The notes under the pieces are model-generated. The model was not told the origin of the DNA, did no database searches, and worked only from the letters and a program-made list of their open reading frames with translations. DNA of 63,946 nucleotides, counting the filler, from Octopus bimaculoides (Eukaryota): NCBI RefSeq assembly GCF_001194135.2. It is 6 parts of 4 records of this genome, joined end to end, with 100 filler letters (N's around TTAATTAATTAA, not from the genome) between each part and the next. Parts side by side here need not be neighbours in the genome. Positions count along the whole stretch, not along the records: positions 1 to 16,010 come from NC_068998.1; 5 more parts are not named here. The stretch is one strand, 5' to 3'. This document shows, piece after piece, positions 1-12,723 of the stretch (position 1 is the first letter of the stretch; each line of letters begins with the position of its first letter). The position numbers and the translations under genes are program-made.

Positions 1-545
1 TATATATATATATATGTATGTATATATATAATCTTTTCAGTTCGTTAATATGAAAAGTTTCTAAGTGCGCGTATAAAAAGCTCCCATGCTAATTATTCTG
101 TCCACCGCTCTTTATTCCCACATTTCAGGCTAATATTATGGGATGGTTATTTGTTTAGTGCCGCTATAGCGTAGGATGAATATAGTAATAACGAGAGCTT
201 CTGGATAGAAATTCAAAAATTCTTTAATACATGACTACGTACATTTCCACAAATCACATGTTTTTGTTGCTACATTTCCCATCCATAGGATATTACAAAC
301 ATGATTTACAATATCCATGGATTTTAAGGGAAATATTACTGCACGTGTGCTTCATTTCTTCAGGCAAAAGAATTTATATGTGTGTGTGGAGAGGAGCACC
401 ATTCCTCCATGTGATCGGCTTGAAAACTTTGTAAAATTAAAATATTTTTCTTAACATGAAACCAATAGTAGCCTTAATACACAAATAAAGAAATTCTGTC
501 CACTAGTGTGGTGCTGAGCACTCAACTTCTTCGTTCAACTTGCAC

Positions 546-586
<41 letters not shown>

Positions 587-1131
587 CTGCTATTTCTAAT
601 TTTCGGTGTGTGGTGAAGCAATACTTGCTGAACCCTAAATTTGAAATTGTGTTTATATATTTACCGATAATGGTCTTTGACACACTGAACTACTTGGTAA
701 AATTACTAATTATCAATTTTTACCGTATGTCTGTATGAGTTTATATGTATGTATGTATGTATGTACGTATGTATGTATGCATGTATATGCATGTATGTAT
801 GTATGTACGTGTTTATGTCTGTAGACAAATACTAATATATTAAATACCATACAACATAAATTCTTGATCTATGAAAATCCTTTCCTCTCTAGAGAATTAC
901 CAAATGGCAATAAAGGCCAGTCCGATATTATACATATTGGGTGCGTGCCTAAGTGTATATATGTATACACATACATACATCAATACATACATATGCGTAT
1001 ATGTTTGTATATATGCATATACGTATATATTATGCTACATTATTGTTTAAATTATTGTTTCTGCTACTTCATGTTTCATACATTTTAACTGTTTTTGATT
1101 TTGATTTTTGTTTTCTTTTTCTCTTTTGAAG

Positions 1132-1290
1132 CAAAGTTTGTGAAGCAACAGAAGTACGGTTAAATATGCGAGTCGGATTACACACCGGACGGGTATTGTG
1201 TGGAGTACTTGGAATGAAGAAATGGCAGTACGATGTTTGGAGCAATGACGTCACTTTGGCCAACCAGATGGAGGCCGGTGGAGTTCCTGG
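1132..1290 (+). CDS. ADCY1: Internal exon of a Ca2+/calmodulin-type transmembrane adenylyl cyclase (ADCY1/rutabaga-like), C1a catalytic domain
   Basis: Polypyrimidine tract ...ctcttttgaAG| and donor GG|GTAAGT; 159 nt, phase 2-2. Translation [52 protein letters not shown](G) closely matches the class III cyclase motif as recalled for ADCY1 ([41 protein letters not shown]). The ORF track shows only a wrong-frame ORF here. Orthologue assignment rests on one exon. Confidence 0.95.
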
Positions 1291-2146
1291 GTAAGTTAAA
1301 ATTTCACTCGATAACGCTTTATAATGATGTATGTGTGTGTGTGTGTGTGCGTGCGCGCGTGCGCGTACGTGTGTGTGTGTGTGTGTGCATGTATACTATA
1401 ACACAAAAAGATAAGCTGATGTTGATTCGATATCGCGATACGTTTTTTACTTAACATAATTATCATTTAATTATATTGCTTTTATTTTGATCAGCATTTA
1501 TCGAACAGACTTATCATTAAAGGCCATAGATATCCTTTTTTTAAGCAATACATAACTATAATTATACTATCCTTTATGCCTATCGATTTTTGTTTTAATT
1601 AGAATAGCTAGAACTACGAAGGTGCGTAGCCTAGTGGCTAGAGTATTGCATACACAATCACAGGACCGCAGTTTCGATACTAGGACCGAATGGTGAGTTG
1701 CGTCCTTGGGCAAAACGCTTCATTACACGTTGCTTCCAGTCCCACTAAGCTGTAAACGAGTAGACCTAAAACGGACTGGCGTACTGTTCAAGGGAATTGT
1801 CGTCATGTCGGTTACCTATCTACAATACATATCGGGTAACCTCGCCCAATGAGTCTAAGTACTCGGACAGAGCTTTACTTTTACTTATTAATTACTGGTA
1901 AGTACAGTATTTTGTTTTGCAACCACAATATACTACCAAGTATGTTGCAGGTTTACAAATTAATATCGTGTCTTACATTCGACAGTATATTATGGTTGCA
2001 AAACGTAATACTGTGTCCTTACCAGCAATTAATATATATGTGTACCAGTTACCATGAATATGTAAATTGGTCTATTCAATTGTTTTGTACTGCTAAACCT
2101 TGTGGCTATTTAAGCAATGCATTCTTGGATGGTTGATGGATTGAAT

Positions 2147-2192
2147 GTGGTACTGATGAAAGAGCAACAGGTCTTGAAATATGCATATACAC
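2147..2192 (+). ncRNA. Minimal hammerhead-ribozyme-like motif (canonical core)
   Basis: gta-CTGATGA-AAGAgcaacaggTCTT-GAAA-tatgca-TA-tac; short stems I and III, one mismatch inside stem II. Confidence 0.5.
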
Positions 2193-3146
2193 CCATTACT
2201 TGTTTATCTATCTTCGATCACATTGTTTGTATAGATGTATTAGTTTACAAAATGTCGTAACTTGCAGTCCTGGCTCTGAATTCTATAGAAAAATCTATAG
2301 AGATAAACTTAAAACGTTATTCTTACAAAAGCTAGTACTAATTCTCACGGTACACGATCATGGATCGAGGTTTTACTTTTCGACACACTGACTACTGCCG
2401 AAACATTCTACCACTTTCCACGGCGGAATCTAGTGATTGTCAGACTCGTTAGAGGGTCGGACAAAATGCTTTGTGTCATTCGTTCCAGAACTATAAATTC
2501 TAACTTCAGGTCCCATCGAGATCAACTTGCCTTTCATCTCTCTGAAGTCAAAGCTATAAAGTGTCCGATGTTATCAAATGCGGTTCCTCCTTTCAAAATT
2601 GCTGGCTTTATGCTTAAAATAAGAAGACATTATTATGCGTATCATTCTAGGTAATCTAAAATATTACACACCCCAAAATTTTGTCCAGAAAATGATTTAT
2701 TTCCTTAAGAGGATAAAATTGTCTTTGTAGAAAATTTGGCTGCTATTTCTAGGAGGTTGAGTACCATGTAAACGCACCTTTGTTGCTTCATTTACTTTTG
2801 TTACTTAATACAATGGAATGAAATTAAATAACTCGTATATGTGAGCACAGAAACAAAGTAGAGATTAGAAAATGAAAGATTACTATTTCGTAGGTTTAGC
2901 TTAGAAAGGATTAAATTAAAAACTGGAGATTCCGTGGAATTATAAGTCATCAAAGTATAGAGATTTACAGTAACACTTCATCTATCTGTCAGTCAAATAT
3001 ATCTGTTAGTGTATCACTGTATCTCTTTGTATCTCATTGTATGTATATCTCTCTATCAATCAGTTTAGTTCTCCCCTTATCTCTACATCTTAGTCTGATA
3101 AATAAATGTACACATGCACACACAAAACACACACACATACATACAT

Positions 3147-3226
<80 letters not shown>

Positions 3227-3443
3227 GCTTCAATTCTCTTGTTTCTGCTAAATATTAATAAAAATATATGTACAAATACTTATGCTTGGAGTCCTACTTT
3301 TCGTACTTCCGTCAGCAAACCTGTATTAATGTGTGTGTGGGAGGTGTATAAATGTAGAGAGAAATAGACACAGAGACATATTGTCCATACAGAATTCAAT
3401 TCTTCGTGATCAAGAGGTTTAAACTTAAACAGGCAGAGGAGTA

Positions 3444-3533
3444 AATGTAAGGATAAGCAAGTTACGCAAGTCGATATACGATATTAATTTATGTTTCGTA
3501 TATCGACTTGCCTAATTTGCTTATCCTTACATT
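3444..3533. repeat. 38-bp hairpin with a 14-nt loop
   Basis: aatgtaaggataagcaagttacgcaagtcgatatacga / tcgtatatcgacttgcctaatttgcttatccttacatt; one mismatch and one G:U. Confidence 0.95.
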
Positions 3534-3765
3534 GCATATATGCATATATGTACACATACATACGTACATACAAACGTAAATGTATGTATACGTAAGGGGT
3601 AGTGTTTGTTCAAATTTTCCAACGAGAATAACAACACAAGATAAAGCGAAAGCAAGATGCGAGTATTGATTTAAATATGTCTTAATGCACGTATGCATGT
3701 ATGTGCATGTACACGGACACAGTATATCCTTCTTCTATATTTTCAATATTACATTCACAGTAAAT

Positions 3766-3802
<37 letters not shown>

Positions 3803-3971
3803 NNNNNNNNNNNNNNNNNNNNNNNNNNNNNNNNNNNNNNNNNNNNNNNNATATATGTATGTATGTATGTATGTATATTCCGTTGTGTCTGAGGAGAGTC
3901 ATTCTCTTTTAGTGCCTTATGATTTAACACACTCACCGGTAAAATTTCCACTTATTTCTTTTTATATTTTT

Positions 3972-4008
3972 CTAAAATTTTCGTTGCGTCTTGCAACGTT
4001 TTCAATAG
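3972..4008 (-). ncRNA. Minimal hammerhead-like motif, U3:A8 core variant
   Basis: Minus strand cta-TTGAAAA-c-GTTGC-aagac-GCAAC-GAAA-at-TT-tag. Confidence 0.55.
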
Positions 4009-4074
4009 TTTTGACTGTCCGTTATTCACACTGCGTTGTTTTTGTCTGTCTGTGCACATATGTGTGGGTTAGTG

Positions 4075-4114
<40 letters not shown>

Positions 4115-4649
4115 CGCGCGCATACACATGCATGTATGTATGTATTTATGTATGTATGCATGCGTGTGTGTGTGTGCATATATATGTATGCATGTGTGTA
4201 CATTTGCATCTATGTATTCTGCATATTCCTGTGTTTGCGTGTCCCTGTTTGTGGGATCTTATGTATGTGTGTATGTGTGAGTGTTTGCGTGTGTGTGTGT
4301 GTGTTCCTCTGTATCCTTGTGTGTGCATGTCTGAGTATGTGTGTGTGTTTTGCAGCTACGTACCGTGTTTGTATTATGGATGTGTATCTCCATATGTGTG
4401 GACGTGTCTCCAAATCTGTCCTTGTGTGAAGTAAAATGTGCATGTATATATGATCATGTGTTTTAGTCTCCATCTGTGTGTGTGTATGTCTGTTCATATA
4501 ACCTATGTATCTGTCAGTCTGTATGTTGATCTGTTTAATTTCATATCCATATGCTTACATACTTGTGCATATACATATATTTACACCCCCACCCCCACCC
4601 CCCACACACACATGCATACACACATCTATCTACATAATAGCCCACTAAC

Positions 4650-5705
4650 TATTCTACTCTACCTGTGTAAACTGTGGGTATGGGGGTATGATATCTACTA
4701 TGTATATTTCCTATTTAGTATTGGGGAAGTTTCATTTATGAGGATGTACTCCTGTATTTGTTTGAGTGTTGGGTTCTTTGGCTGCTTGGATAAAATTGCG
4801 GATGTCAAGTTGACCCAGGTTGCCTTCATGTTGGTCCTTGGCAAGTTGGTAGAGTATGGAGGATTGTTTTTTGTCGTCACATTGTCTCAAATGTTCATTT
4901 AGTCGTTCCGCAATGCTCCTAGATGTCACCTATATGTATGTCATGTTTATGTCTCTACAAGCACCTTCTATGCATCTTATGCTGTAAACTACATTTCTAG
5001 TTCTACAATTAATGCCAGAGCTAATCCTACATACCATGCAGTTATCATTGGCGCATATGGTATTCTGAAAGGAGTACGTCCTACATAGTTGTGATCTAAC
5101 GGATTTCTCTGGCTTTTCAACAATCTTAATGTTGAGTTTGGTCGCCTTCAGAGATTTTCTAAATGTACGGATTACTTCTCCATGGGCTGTGACCTCCACA
5201 AAAAATCACTCCTTGATATTTGTCGGTTTTATACCACTTGTTCACCCTGTTTGCTTTGTCACAAGTTCTTTGTAACCTATTCCAGTTTTTGTTTCTATAT
5301 CTAAGGCAGGTACCATTGGCATCATTATATATAATATTATCATAATATATATAATTTCTTTCTAGCACCCCTGTATACTCGAACCCTATCTTTCTGATCA
5401 TATCCAGAGAACTGCATGCGGTGCAGGAAGTTCCGTATATGTTTCATAGGGTTTGCATAGTGGGGACACGTTGTTCATTAACCTAAGTCTGCTATCAGCA
5501 TGTTAATTTTCATGTTGTGTGACAAAGCTGTTCTTGTGAACAACATATTTTGAAGCTATGGGTTTCATGTAATAGGAGTGGAGGAGCTGCACTCTATTGT
5601 TCACAGTCTCTAACCAAAGTTCAGTATCAAGAACGGGGAGTCTATTGCTGGTGTGCCTAGTGGAGTAATCTATAGTTTACCTTGATACTTTGATGGATGG
5701 AGTTA
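4650..5705 (-). mobile_element. Penelope-like element (Neptune-type) fragment: RT C-terminus, Cys-rich linker and GIY-YIG endonuclease, frameshifted
   Basis: Minus-strand peptides SIKV..DYSTRHTSNRLPVLDTELW..YYMKPIASKY, ICANDNCMVC..NCRTRNVVYSIRC..YI(GE)TSRSIAERLNEH. Flanked by inverted ~210-bp arms. Confidence 0.88.
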
Positions 5706-5870
5706 GCTAACATATACATATGCACACACACACATACATATACACATACATGCATACATACACACACATACATACATGCATGTATATGCACACACACACA
5801 CACACTAACCCACACATATGCGCACAAACAGACAAAAAGGACGCAGTGTGACTAACAGACAGAGTCAAAA

Positions 5871-5907
5871 CTATTGAAAAGGTTGCATGAGGCAACGAAA
5901 ATTTTAG
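5871..5907 (+). ncRNA. Minimal hammerhead-like motif, U3:A8 core variant (inverted copy of 3972-4008)
   Basis: cta-TTGAAAA-g-GTTGC-atgag-GCAAC-GAAA-at-TT-tag; the stem II arms are identical between the copies while the loop differs. Confidence 0.55.
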
Positions 5908-6524
5908 AAAAATAAAAAAGAAATAAGTAGAAATTTTACTGGTGAGTTTGTTAAATCATAAGGCACTAAAAGAGAATGACTCTCCTCAGACACAACGGAA
6001 TATACATATATATATATATATATATATATTACATGATATTTAGTGTGAACGTAGTATTGTGAATGATAAAGAAGGACAACAGGGGTGGGGTGATAAGAAG
6101 AGTATGAAATGTATCTCCAATATTAAAGTTATTTAAACACGCTATTACGAATAACTGGATTAGGTCGAATTCTGAGTAAATTTTCAATTTAAAAGAATTG
6201 CATCGAAGAACACAGTAGTTAAAGATAATTAGCGAAAAATCATTGTATACCAATATATAATTATACGTAGAATCACAACGTGCATTATTTACCATAATAT
6301 AATTTTAGACACTGCGTGATTTTTCATCAATGGTGAATTGTTCAGCAAGTGTTATGACACATAAAGGTTGTCCAAAATGTAACGATATGAATAATTATTC
6401 AACCGTGTACTTAGTAAAATAATATCTCAGTTTTATAAGAATTGCTCATTAGCAACAGACAATAATAAGTTTGTGAATCGTAGAAATTTCGTCTTCTTCG
6501 TGGCGGAAATATGAGAATATAAAC

Positions 6525-6704
6525 TGGCGTGGCTGCATGGTAAACAGTTTGTTTCCCATCTATACGGTTCCGGGTTGGTTCGGTACCATTGCGTGGTAAC
6601 TTGGGCAAGTGCCTTCTACTCTAGCTCCTAGTCGATCAAGGCCTTAAGAGGATTCTGAACAGGAATACTGAATGAAACTTGTCGCACACGCACACACACA
6701 CAAG

Positions 6705-6735
<31 letters not shown>

Positions 6736-7262
6736 NNNNNNNNNNNNNNNNNNNNNNNNNNNNNNNNNNNNNNNNNNNNNNNNNNNNNNNNNNNNNNNNN
6801 NNNNNNNNNNNNNNNNNNNNNNNNNNNNNNNNNNNNNNNNNNNNNNNNNNNNNNNNNNNNNNNNNNNNNNNNNNNNNNNNNNNNNNNNNNNNNNNNNNNN
6901 NNNNNNNNNNNNNNNNNNNNNNNNNNNNNNNNNNNNNNNNNNNNNNNNNNNNNNNNNNNNNNNNNNNNNNNNNNNNNNNNNNNNNNNNNNNNNNNNNNNN
7001 NNNNNNNNNNNNNNNNNNNNNNNNNNNNNNNNNNNNNNNNNNNNNNNNNNNNNNNNNNNNNNNNNNNNNNNNNNNNNNNNNNNNNNNNNNNNNNNNNNNN
7101 NNNNNNNNNNNNNNNNNNNNNNNNNNNNNNNNNNNNNNNNNNNNNNNNNNNNNNNNNNNNNNNNNNNNNNNNNNNNNNNNNNNNNNNNNNNNNNNNNNNN
7201 NNNNNNNNNNNNNNNNNNNNNNNNNNNNNNNNNNNNNNNNNNNNNNNNNNNNNNNNNNNNNN

Positions 7263-7306
<44 letters not shown>

Positions 7307-7510
7307 GCTTCTCCCCACGACAGCTTGACAACTGGTGCTGGTTTGTTTATGCCCCTGCAACTTAGCGGTTCGGCAAAAAGGCCAATAGAAGAAGTATCAG
7401 GGTTAGAAATAAAATGAGTACTGGTATAAATTTTTTATCGATTAAACCTTTCAAGGTGGAGCAACAGCATGACCGCAGTCTGAAGAACGGAACATGCAAA
7501 AGAAAAAAGA
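6525..7510 (+). mobile_element. SINE family B (bipartite, internal microsatellite spanning an N gap)
   Basis: Head tggctgcatggtaaacagtttg..ttgggcaagtgccttctac before the gap; tail ccccacgacagcttgacaac..cagcatgaccgcagtc after it. Confidence 0.75.
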
Positions 7511-8033
7511 TGTAATGAGAAAAGATGAAATTATATGGGGCACTGGAATGCTAGACGACATAAATTCGCCTTTGACGAATCTCTGAATTTGAATTTACGT
7601 GAAAATGTGAGTTTACGTGCAAATAAGATCATCCCCACTGCAGCAAAATGAAAGCTGCTGATTGGTTAATAATTTGTGCAATGTGTTGGATGACCTTGAT
7701 TCAGTTTCTGGGGTGTCTAGTCCTGATGGTCACAAAGTTTAGAGCAGCAACAAATTGGAAGTTCTACACGTGACACTTGAATAAGTGGAACAACACGATT
7801 ACATAATGTCCTGTATGTGTGAGAAAAGGTATCATTACGAGCACAACAGTATTGACAATGAATGTCATTTGTTCATGCAGATCTATATGAGTGAAAGACA
7901 TTAAGTAACGTATAGCTGTAAAAGTGTTAATGACAAATGTATTAGGTGGTTGTGAAAGAGTAGCAGTGCTCCAGACCTTCACCGGCTTTCCAACATCGGT
8001 GAGATTAATCGTTTTAATATTCTGCTCCAACTA

Positions 8034-8362
8034 AGGCGGTGAGCTGGCAGAATCGTTAGCACGCCGGGCGAAATGCTTAGCGGTATTTCGTCTGACTTTA
8101 CGTTCTGAGTTCAAATTCCGCCGAGGTCGACTTTGCCTTTCATCCTTTCGGGGTCGATAAATTAAGTACCAGTTACGCACTGGGGTCGATATAATCGACT
8201 TAATCCGTTTGTCTGTCCTTGTTTGTCCCCTCTGTGTGTAGCCCCTTGTGGGCAATAAAGAAATAAGAAACGTTAGCACGCCGGACGAAATACTTAACAG
8301 TATTTCGTCTGTCTTTACGTTCTGTGTCCAAATTCCACGGAGGTCGACTTTGCCTTCCATCC
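8034..8362 (+). mobile_element. SINE family A, full copy with long tail plus a tandem partial copy
   Basis: aggcggtgagctggcagaatcgttagc.. with B-box gagttcaaattcc; tail tagccccttgtgggcaataaagaaataagaaa runs into a second head. Confidence 0.9.
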
Positions 8363-10358
8363 NNNNNNNNNNNNNNNNNNNNNNNNNNNNNNNNNNNNNN
8401 NNNNNNNNNNNNNNNNNNNNNNNNNNNNNNNNNNNNNNNNNNNNNNNNNNNNNNNNNNNNNNNNNNNNNNNNNNNNNNNNNNNNNNNNNNNNNNNNNNNN
8501 NNNNNNNNNNNNNNNNNNNNNNNNNNNNNNNNNNNNNNNNNNNNNNNNNNNNNNNNNNNNNNNNNNNNNNNNNNNNNNNNNNNNNNNNNNNNNNNNNNNN
8601 NNNNNNNNNNNNNNNNNNNNNNNNNNNNNNNNNNNNNNNNNNNNNNNNNNNNNNNNNNNNNNNNNNNNNNNNNNNNNNNNNNNNNNNNNNNNNNNNNNNN
8701 NNNNNNNNNNNNNNNNNNNNNNNNNNNNNNNNNNNNNNNNNNNNNNNNNNNNNNNNNNNNNNNNNNNNNNNNNNNNNNNNNNNNNNNNNNNNNNNNNNNN
8801 NNNNNNNNNNNNNNNNNNNNNNNNNNNNNNNNNNNNNNNNNNNNNNNNNNNNNNNNNNNNNNNNNNNNNNNNNNNNNNNNNNNNNNNNNNNNNNNNNNNN
8901 NNNNNNNNNNNNNNNNNNNNNNNNNNNNNNNNNNNNNNNNNNNNNNNNNNNNNNNNNNNNNNNNNNNNNNNNNNNNNNNNNNNNNNNNNNNNNNNNNNNN
9001 NNNNNNNNNNNNNNNNNNNNNNNNNNNNNNNNNNNNNNNNNNNNNNNNNNNNNNNNNNNNNNNNNNNNNNNNNNNNNNNNNNNNNNNNNNNNNNNNNNNN
9101 NNNNNNNNNNNNNNNNNNNNNNNNNNNNNNNNNNNNNNNNNNNNNNNNNNNNNNNNNNNNNNNNNNNNNNNNNNNNNNNNNNNNNNNNNNNNNNNNNNNN
9201 NNNNNNNNNNNNNNNNNNNNNNNNNNNNNNNNNNNNNNNNNNNNNNNNNNNNNNNNNNNNNNNNNNNNNNNNNNNNNNNNNNNNNNNNNNNNNNNNNNNN
9301 NNNNNNTATATATATATATATATATATATGCATGTCTGTTGTGTATGATTCCTTATGAACGTTTACAATATTTCCTAGTTAAACATAGACACTGGGGTGT
9401 TTTCCTTTACTCCTCCCACCTGATAGATATGAATATTCTTGAGATATCCCTATCTGTCCAGATACTGCAATTTAACACGCAACCTCAAAACTGTGCGCAG
9501 GAGCTACGATTTCGATTTGTTGTCCAATCGGTCTTCTTCAGCTTCGAAATGACATTATTTCACGATTTCTGGATTCTGTATCACAAAAAAAATGTTTACT
9601 TCTGCCTTCTCAGAGAGATAAATTAAGCTCCTACTGGATAGGGCGCCAGTCATTCGGCTGTAACTTTCCCAGAATAAATGGCGCAGACTTTTTGACAAAC
9701 GTGCTATAAAGGTATCTTCTAATTTGCCAGTTATACTTCTTCAAAGCTAGAATGAAAACTTAGGCATTGTTTTGAATTAACGAACCTGTATCTTTTCGTA
9801 TCCATTCATTCGTTCCGCTTCCATTGCGTCTTTACCCAACTTTTGAATTTTAGCGTAAAATAATCAGACATTTATAGCGGATATGCAAATACAAAGGTTC
9901 CAATATTCCTGCTGACAACAACCACTGTAATAATAGAAGGTATGAGATGTTCTGTAAGAGTAATAATTGAAATGATACGCCGCTATCCATCAATAGCTTT
10001 CTTCTTCTTACGCAGAAAGCTCATGGTATAATCACTACTTGGATCTACTTTGTATTCCCATACCGGAATAAGCAGAATTGAAGAAATATATGTTTAGTGC
10101 GATCTCATTTGAAGTAAAACTTACTAAATGACCACACTAATAACATTTACGTCGCAAGTAAAATTAATAAATGAATACAGTAATAGCATTTTCTTTCTAC
10201 GCAATAATCGCGCCTTAAGAAGCAATGACGAATTTTTCTTTATCATTGCTTATATAAAACTTCAAACACGCGCTTACGTGTACATACAACCACATACATA
10301 CACACATACCTGTGTATGTACGAATATGTACATAAATATATATATATGCGCACGCACG

Positions 10359-10394
<36 letters not shown>

Positions 10395-11276
10395 TACATA
10401 CACATACATATACACATTAACAACGTTTAAGCCATTGTTTTTGTTTCTCTTTTTATTCTTATATATTGATCGTACCGTTGTTTAGCATTATGTGTCCTAA
10501 TCGAGCATGCCTCTTATCAAAACCGTTGCATTCAAAACCATTGCATTTTCCTTCTTCGGCCATAATATACCTAGGATTACATTATCCACTCTGTCCATTC
10601 GTTTTGTTTATTTTATTTTGTTTTGTTTCTTCCTTTGAAAGGCGCGTGCGATTTGGAAGAGATCTTTGCTATCTCGAGCATGCTTTCATTGGTGTTATGG
10701 CTACCTTTCTGAAATTGAATTACTTTAACACGTAGCCTGGTCCCTCCTTTGACTGACACTCAGTAGCGGGCGTGGTTTTGGCGATGGTTTGTGGTTAATA
10801 CTAATGTGGTTGTTAATTTCTCTCGTTAAATAAACTGCTATTTTGTTGCTATCGATACAATGCTGCTAAGGTTTCTCTAGTTGCTCTTACACGATTGTTG
10901 TTCATGTTATTTTCACTGATGTCATTCGGGATGTTATTCGAATTTGCTACCACAGCTCTTCGCATTCAGTTTATATAATTACTTCATTTGGCTCACATTT
11001 TTTGTTATTAATATTACTTTTAAGAAGCTGCGAGAACCCTTAGCACGCAGGACAAAATGCGTAGCGGCATTTCTTCCTTCCAGTATTTTCGATTACACAA
11101 CCAAATGATTTCCTCACACATTCAGATAGTTGGGTTGATCTCTTTCAAATCATACCCTGACTTTTTCAGAGAAAGACACACCGGATTATATGGTGTTGAA
11201 TTTACTACACCCAGCAAAAAAAAAAATGCTAAAGTCAGGTTAGAATGCCTTTTATCGCGTGTCTACTCAATCTGAG

Positions 11277-11660
11277 TGGAGGCGCAATGGCCCAGTGGTT
11301 AGGGCAGCGGATTCGCGGTCATAGGATCGCGGTTTCGATTCCCAGACCGGGCGTTGTGAGTGTTTATTGAGCGAAAACACCTAAAGCTCCACGAGGCACC
11401 GGCAGGGGATGGTGGCGGACCCTGCTGTACTCTTTCACCACATCTTTCTCTCACTCTTACTTCCTGTCTCTGTTGTGCTTGTAATTCAAAGGGTCAGCCT
11501 TGTCACACTGTGTCACGCTGAATATCCCCGAGAACTACGTTAAGGGTACACGTGTCTGTGGAGTGCTCAGCCACTTGCACGCTAATTTCACCAGCAGGTT
11601 GTTCTGTTGATTGGATCAACTGGAACCCTCGACGTCGTAAGCGACGGAGTGCCAGCAACT
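11277..11660 (+). mobile_element. tRNA-derived SINE family C, near-complete
   Basis: A box tggcccagtggt, B box ggtttcgattccc, body aagggtacacgtgtctgtggagtgctcagccacttgcacg. Related copies at about 19830-20155(-), 36310-36600(-) and 63445-63735(-); head-sharing variants at 1620-1855 and 11765-11990. Confidence 0.88.
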
Positions 11661-12597
11661 CAATCTGAACTAATCTGAGCTAAACGACATCAGATAAGAA
11701 AAGACACCACCAAATTAATCGAACAACTCGCCCTTTCTTATTATAATACTATCACATGACCATTGGGGAGACACGTGACTTAGTGGTTAGGGGATTGGAT
11801 TCATGATCGTAAGATTGTGGTTTCGATTCCTGAATCGGGTGACTTTTGTTCTTGAGCAAAACACTTCATTTCACGTTGCTCCAATCCACTCAGCTGACAA
11901 AAATGAGTTACGCTGCGGTGGACTGGCGTCCCATCCAGGTGGGAGACATATACGCCACGGAAACCGGGAAACTGGCCTTTGTCTCCACTAAATACATGAT
12001 TCTACCTCACCATTTGCATCCCTCTCTACCCCATCACTACAGCTAGAGTAACCAGAAACCGAGATATGATTCCCACCAGCAATAATATCACCCCCATTAT
12101 CAACTTATTGTCGATTTATCTATCACTAACACGCCAGAACTACCATCATAATCATCATCGTCATTTCCAACACAGGCACACTAATGATTGTATAGCATAC
12201 AACATCACTGCTACTATTCAACTATCAGAACATGCACCACCTTCACCAGAAGTAATACCAGCACTCCGACGACCACCCACACACTCTCCACTTCCTCGAC
12301 AACATTCGTACAAAAGAGAAAACCTTACATACTTCCAGGCGAATGGTTCTTCTTCAATTTAACCTCCTTCATTGGAGCCGATCCACTTGGAACATCTTTA
12401 TCTTACATCATAACATTAATGGAGTATTACGCTTCAGAGATCAAGGAATAGCAAACTTATTGTCCATAACTTTATAATATCAGCATTGCGAATATTGACT
12501 AATATATATTTATGAATGAATGAATATATATATATACACGCGCTCGCGCGCGAACACACACGCATACACGCACACATACACACACACGCACACACAT

Positions 12598-12643
<46 letters not shown>

Positions 12644-12723
12644 GTGTATATATCGTTTGTAGAAATATATAAATCCGGAGAAGCAGACTCTAATATGTAG
12701 AGCAGTTAATATTGTAGTGAGGC

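Larger units (their letters stand above)
3874..6004. repeat. Inverted repeat arms (3874-4085 and 5795-6004) enclosing the PLE fragment; likely pseudo-LTRs
   Basis: ttccgttgtgtctgaggagagtcattctcttttagtgcc... is the reverse complement of ...ggcactaaaagagaatgactctcctcagacacaacggaa, with scattered differences. Confidence 0.9.

Noticed and set aside
3041-4902. HT/YI/CV-rich ORFs
   Set aside because: Translations of (CA)n/(TA)n/(TG)n microsatellites.
6636-7365. Long ORFs in the track that span N runs (also at 8.2, 16.9, 28.4, 58.6 and 62 kb)
   Set aside because: Artefacts of undetermined bases and dinucleotide repeats.
7560-8030. Protein-looking ORF 7764-8030(-) and stop-interrupted + frame; similar segments at 16400-16860 and 52435-52701
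   Set aside because: No family motif or splice signals recognised; probably old TE-derived sequence.
9500-9550. Minus-strand CTGAAGA...GAAA motif
   Set aside because: Stem II register is ambiguous and stem I does not pair at the cleavage site.
11277-11352. tRNA-Arg-like sequence
   Set aside because: No proper acceptor stem, and it continues into a SINE body present in several copies; it is a SINE head, not a tRNA gene.
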